Of a DNA stretch of 64,000 nt, positions 59,334 through 64,000 are shown in pieces. Position numbers and translations under genes: made by a program. The stretch comes from Eledone cirrhosa (taxonomy: Eukaryota). The stretch is taken from contig OZ024746.1 in the NCBI GenBank assembly GCA_964016885.1, positions 48,422,001 through 48,486,000 of the forward strand, read 5' to 3'. Each line of letters opens with the position of its first letter. Position 1 is the stretch's first letter. The notes under the pieces were generated by a model, which worked only from the letters and a program-made list of their open reading frames with translations, did not search any database and was not told the origin of the DNA.

Positions 59334-59735
59334 TTGTTGTGAAAGAGTCATTTCTCAATCTTGGCGCAAAACCAATTTTTTATTCACATGACCTCTACCG
59401 ACCAATCAAAATTGTTTTGACCACAAGAATTTTTGCAACACCAAAGTAACGCTGGAGCCACTTTTTTAACATAAAAACAGGTAGAATTCCCAAAACTAAT
59501 CAGATCAGAGCAAACAACACGGACACTCTATCTCAAAATTATTTTTGAAAAGCCTTTAGAAATGCGCAACCGGTAAAAACTTAAAAACTTAAAACCACAA
59601 CTGAATACTAACCCATACAATCACTAATACTCTTTTATTCCTAATTAAACCATTTTTCAACTGCGAACAATTTGTCAGCATTTTCTATTCCGTTTACCAA
59701 TATATAATAACTTGTGTGTTACACCTCTATTCTTT

Positions 59736-59811
<76 letters not shown>

Positions 59812-59813
<2 letters not shown>

Positions 59814-60020
59814 GTGGTTACACAACAGTTAGTTCACCATACCGAGAACAATTGTTTCACCTTAGCGGATCTTCAGCTCATACGAGCTGAGGATCCGCTA
59901 AGGTGAAACAATTGTTCTCGGTATGGTGAACTAATTGTTGTATAACTACTTCTACCTAACTCGTCCCATGGACTGAGTGCTCTACCACTACGGATATTAC
60001 CTTCCAGTGTTCTATCATTA
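59812..60020 (+). mobile_element. Mini-element with a minimal hammerhead (59883-59920), an inverted copy and a tail
   Basis: CGAG-CTGAGGA-tCCgctaaGGt-GAAA-CAATTG-TT-CTCG; the mirror at 59817-59879 has CTGAAGA. Confidence 0.8.
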
Positions 60021-60389
60021 TATATATATATATACGTGGGAAAGTAAAAAATCGGAGAATAGACCGTTAAAACATGTTTATTATATATTGAACCGAGCAA
60101 ACAATGTTTTCGTCGGTCTTTCCAGTTGCTAATACTATCTATCGGTCGAAACTCCAAGTAGAAGCAACAATGTGAAATAAAATGTCTTGTTCAAGGACAT
60201 AACGCATCGCCCGGTTCAGGAATCGAACTCAGAACCTCAAGATTGTGAATCCATATATAGTTGGTTTTCCTATTTGTTTTGCAAGATTTTGTATCTGAAA
60301 ACGTGTAGTGAAAGAGATGTTGTTATACAAAAATAAGTTGGTGTAAGATAGAACAAAATAAAGACACAAAATAACAACAAATATTATCA

Positions 60390-60755
60390 GTGCTACGTTG
60401 GGCAGGGCATGTCTCTAGGATGAAATATCATCGCTTGCTCAGGGTTGCGCTGTACGGCCAAAGCTCAACTGGCCATCTTGACCAAGGATACGATACAAGG
60501 ACTGAAAAAAATCTTGGTGTCTGTCACATCAATCATCGCCAATGATCAACCCTAGCTGAGAACTCCTTTAAAAATACTTGTAGTGACCCCCTCAACGACA
60601 AAAGGCACAGAAGGAAGAATCACAACATCAAGTCATCAAATCCAGACCAGACCTTCAGCTGCAGCTGTGCCTGCCTGTCCTGAACAGCCTCAAGCGTGTC
60701 AGCAGTCAACGTGGACCACCCACTTCATAATCTTCGTTTGTGAAGCCAAGCCATG
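60390..60755 (+). mobile_element. RTE-BovB-like LINE 3' end
   Basis: LRWAGHVSRMKYHRLLRVALYG followed by a decayed C-terminus. Confidence 0.7.
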
Positions 60756-60788
<33 letters not shown>

Positions 60789-61422
60789 ATATATATATCT
60801 GTGTTATCTGCCGCATGTATTTTAATTTTGATTTTAAATTTTTAATTTGAATTACTATACAAATATAGGATAGTATAATATATGTCGCTCCACTGTACAT
60901 CAATATATATATATATGTATCTGTATGTCTCTTGCGTTGGATAGGAGGTCAATTATATGTACAAGCATTAAAAAATGGTCCGAAGATTCCAGGCCTAGGT
61001 TTGGATGAAACAATTGTAAGTGAATAAATGTTTTGAACATAGCTTTGATTCTTGTGAATCCTATATATATATATATATAAGGATCGATTGACTTTCGTTT
61101 CGTCAAATTGAACCGAGCAAACAATGTTTTCGTCGGTCTTTCCAGTTGCTAATACTATCTATCGGTCGAAACTCCAAGTAGAAGCAACAATGTGAAATAA
61201 AATGTCTTGTTCAAGGACATAACGCATCGCCCGGTTCAGGAATCGAACTCAGAACCTCAAGATTGTGAATCCAATTCTCTAACCACTCAGCCACACGCCT
61301 TCACATATATACATATATATAAAAGTCGAATGGTGCCCATCAATGTGTCAGTTCACTCGAGATGTATACATATATTTTATGTATATAATATATACATATA
61401 CTTATATATATATATTGATGGA

Positions 61423-61492
<70 letters not shown>

Positions 61493-61498
61493 AGAAGG

Positions 61499-61547
<49 letters not shown>

Positions 61548-63444
61548 TCCATCCAGCCGTAGTCATTCCACCTTTTCTTGCTTCTTTCCACCCGTAGTTT
61601 CCATCCCTTTCTAGCCTCCCTCTATCAGTAGTTATTGTTCCCTTTCTACTCTCCTTCTTTCCGTAGTTATTCTTCCCGTACTAGCCTCTCTCTGCCCCTA
61701 GTATATATATAAATGGCTGTTATCATTACATGTAATAGTTTAACCAGTATTTTTCTGAGACTACAACATATATTGTTTTTCTGAGACTACAACATATATT
61801 GTTGAGACTGTCAATCTTCCTTTTAGTGAGATTAGCTCAGTATCAGGTGTACACAGCAAAAATAAAGGAATAAAAAGTGAAATAGTTAGAGAGAATGAGA
61901 CAGAGGAATATAAAATAGAGATAGTAAGTCGGCAGCATACCAACCTGAAAATAGCAACTATTTAAACACAAAACGCAATCAACTACACATCACTAAGTTT
62001 ACATTATCAACCTCACATCGACAATACGCTTCCCATAACATAATTACACCACATCTGCTAACTTGTCAATATGTTATTAATAGCTAGTGATATAATGTTT
62101 CAGATTTCTAGTTACCATAACTGATAATACACTCTCAACGTACTAAAATGCAGTTCACAAGCTTGAACACTTGAATTACATATTTTTCTGATACATATAT
62201 TCCCGAAACGTTCGCATAAAATAACAACAAATAATACACATAAGTAACTGGAAGATTTATTAGATATGTTATTTCACTTGCCTCGATCAGTGTCGTTCTT
62301 GTTACGGCACATACCTGCGCATCTCATTGGAGGTTTTTTTTAATGTTTTAACTATAGTGATTCTAATGCTGTCATACTACCATTTCTTCCGGTGACAAAA
62401 AGCTGGGTGTCAATGCACAGACCTAAAGCAGATATTGCAAAGCATCCCGCTCGGGACCCTAACAAGTTCGTTTTGGACTGATCTACTGTTTAGCGATCTT
62501 GTACAATGTAGAAGCAAATGCAAATACCTTGTGCACTGAAATTCATGACAGTGAAACTCGACATGTGTTGTACAAAATCTAAATATGGTTTCACCAATCC
62601 CTGTCTGCCCAGAAAAATTTCCGTCACTTATCCTGATTGCAGACCTGTCAACTCTCCTCGTCCGACAGGGGAGATCTCCCACCCACTTTGGGGTAGGTGA
62701 GAGATGTCTTCTCTTGTGAAAATAGTTATAGTTTTCATTATGTAAATTTTCCCCGTTATGAGGCAGTTCTTTTCATTGTACTCCCCGTTTGGGTTTTTAA
62801 AGGTTGCCAGTCTATGATTGTATGACTAAATAAAGTGTTATAGTTGGAATATAAAGATAGAAAAGGAAGAAGAATCTTGGCGTAAAATATCCCCAATTAT
62901 CCTTCAATATATTCGAACCACTTGGTAAGAGGCTTAACATATTACTGCCGATCGTGGGAGAACTATAAAACGCCTTAAATAGGCATATGATCCTATACAA
63001 ATATGATCATTTTATTAAATGATTTTGGCAAATACAGACAACCACTGATTTATCCGTTGTTGTTTTTAAACCCTAGTCAGTCTTGAGTGAGTAGCATTAT
63101 TAACCAGACCATCAGGTCCTTTTTATTTTGCTTTAGCATAATTTCTCTAGGAAATCATATAGTTTTAGTTGTTTGCATACACATGTAACAAACAAACACA
63201 CCTAACTTCTCTTGCATGAGTGTCACGTAATCTGTCGTCTGGTCTTTCCATTTGGATACTTGATACTTTGAGTATATCTGTTTCTTGCTATGATATCTAT
63301 CTCTATTTCTAACACTCCAACTCATATTTTCTTTCTCATTCTCTTCCCTCTCTCTTTATCTCTCTCCTTTCTTCCCTAATACCAACATCACTCTATTTCT
63401 CTCTACACGCTTTGTTTAATTCTTCTTCTCTGTTGTCATTCTTC

Positions 63445-63503
<59 letters not shown>

Positions 63504-63736
63504 TCCACTAGTTGTATCATACGCGTTTCTCCATACCGTTTCTTGTCACGTTTCTTTTTCTTCTAACATGTTTTTGTCACACTTACACACACACACATCC
63601 GATTCTATCTATCTATCCTATATACATACATGCAAATATGTATGTATATATGTGTGTGTGTGAGTGTGTGAGCGTGTGTCTCAGTCATCGAATGTGTGTG
63701 CGTTTACATACATATAAACACACACACACACACCAC

Positions 63737-63816
<80 letters not shown>

Positions 63817-64000
63817 CCTGTTGGTATTTATATACGATAGTTTCACGCTAGCTTCCAGGCACATAGAAATAACAATCTTCAATAGAGGTTTGCCGCAGTT
63901 AAGTTGAAGGCGTGCCATATAATGAGTGACATGACAGTTGCTTTGACCATTGATCTAAAATAAATAGTAAATATTTTGTACTGTGGCTGTAAGTCTACAT

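Larger units (their letters stand above)
54261..59739 (+). mobile_element. Near-full-length Neptune-like Penelope-like element: inverted pLTR, pLTR, ORF1, RT/GIY-YIG, pLTR
   Basis: Palindrome 54261-54915 centred at 54587/54588; direct pLTR copy at about 59377-59739; inserted in (TA)n. Confidence 0.92.

Noticed and set aside
62400-62810. Possible decayed L1/Tx1 3' end (C....ETRHVLY)
   Set aside because: The motif is too degraded to support a call.

Overview
AT-rich, microsatellite-dense eukaryotic intergenic or intronic DNA. The SINE and microsatellite content looks cephalopod (octopus-like); this is inference only. I can support no host protein-coding gene: most listed ORFs are microsatellite translations. 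Recognisable content: two tRNA-Phe copies, a decayed tRNA-iMet, many tRNA-derived SINEs, decayed LINEs (R4/Dong-like RLE, RTE, Tx1), a piggyBac-type MITE and two coding Penelope-like elements (PLEs). One PLE is a near-intact Neptune-like copy whose RT frame appears to be reached by a -1 shift at U_UUU_UUA (or by splicing). The other is a truncated Naiad-like GIY-YIG copy. The main signal is a set of about 20 short inserts, from roughly 10 sequence-unrelated families, almost all in or beside (TA)n tracts. Most share one architecture: an inverted repeat, a type I hammerhead ribozyme with a palindromic stem III, often AATAAA, and an unpaired 3' tail of about 70-110 nt. In 8-9 families the tail starts with the same covarying bulged hairpin, RCUC-stem-loop-stem-UN-GAGY. 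All coordinates and base pairings were read by eye.
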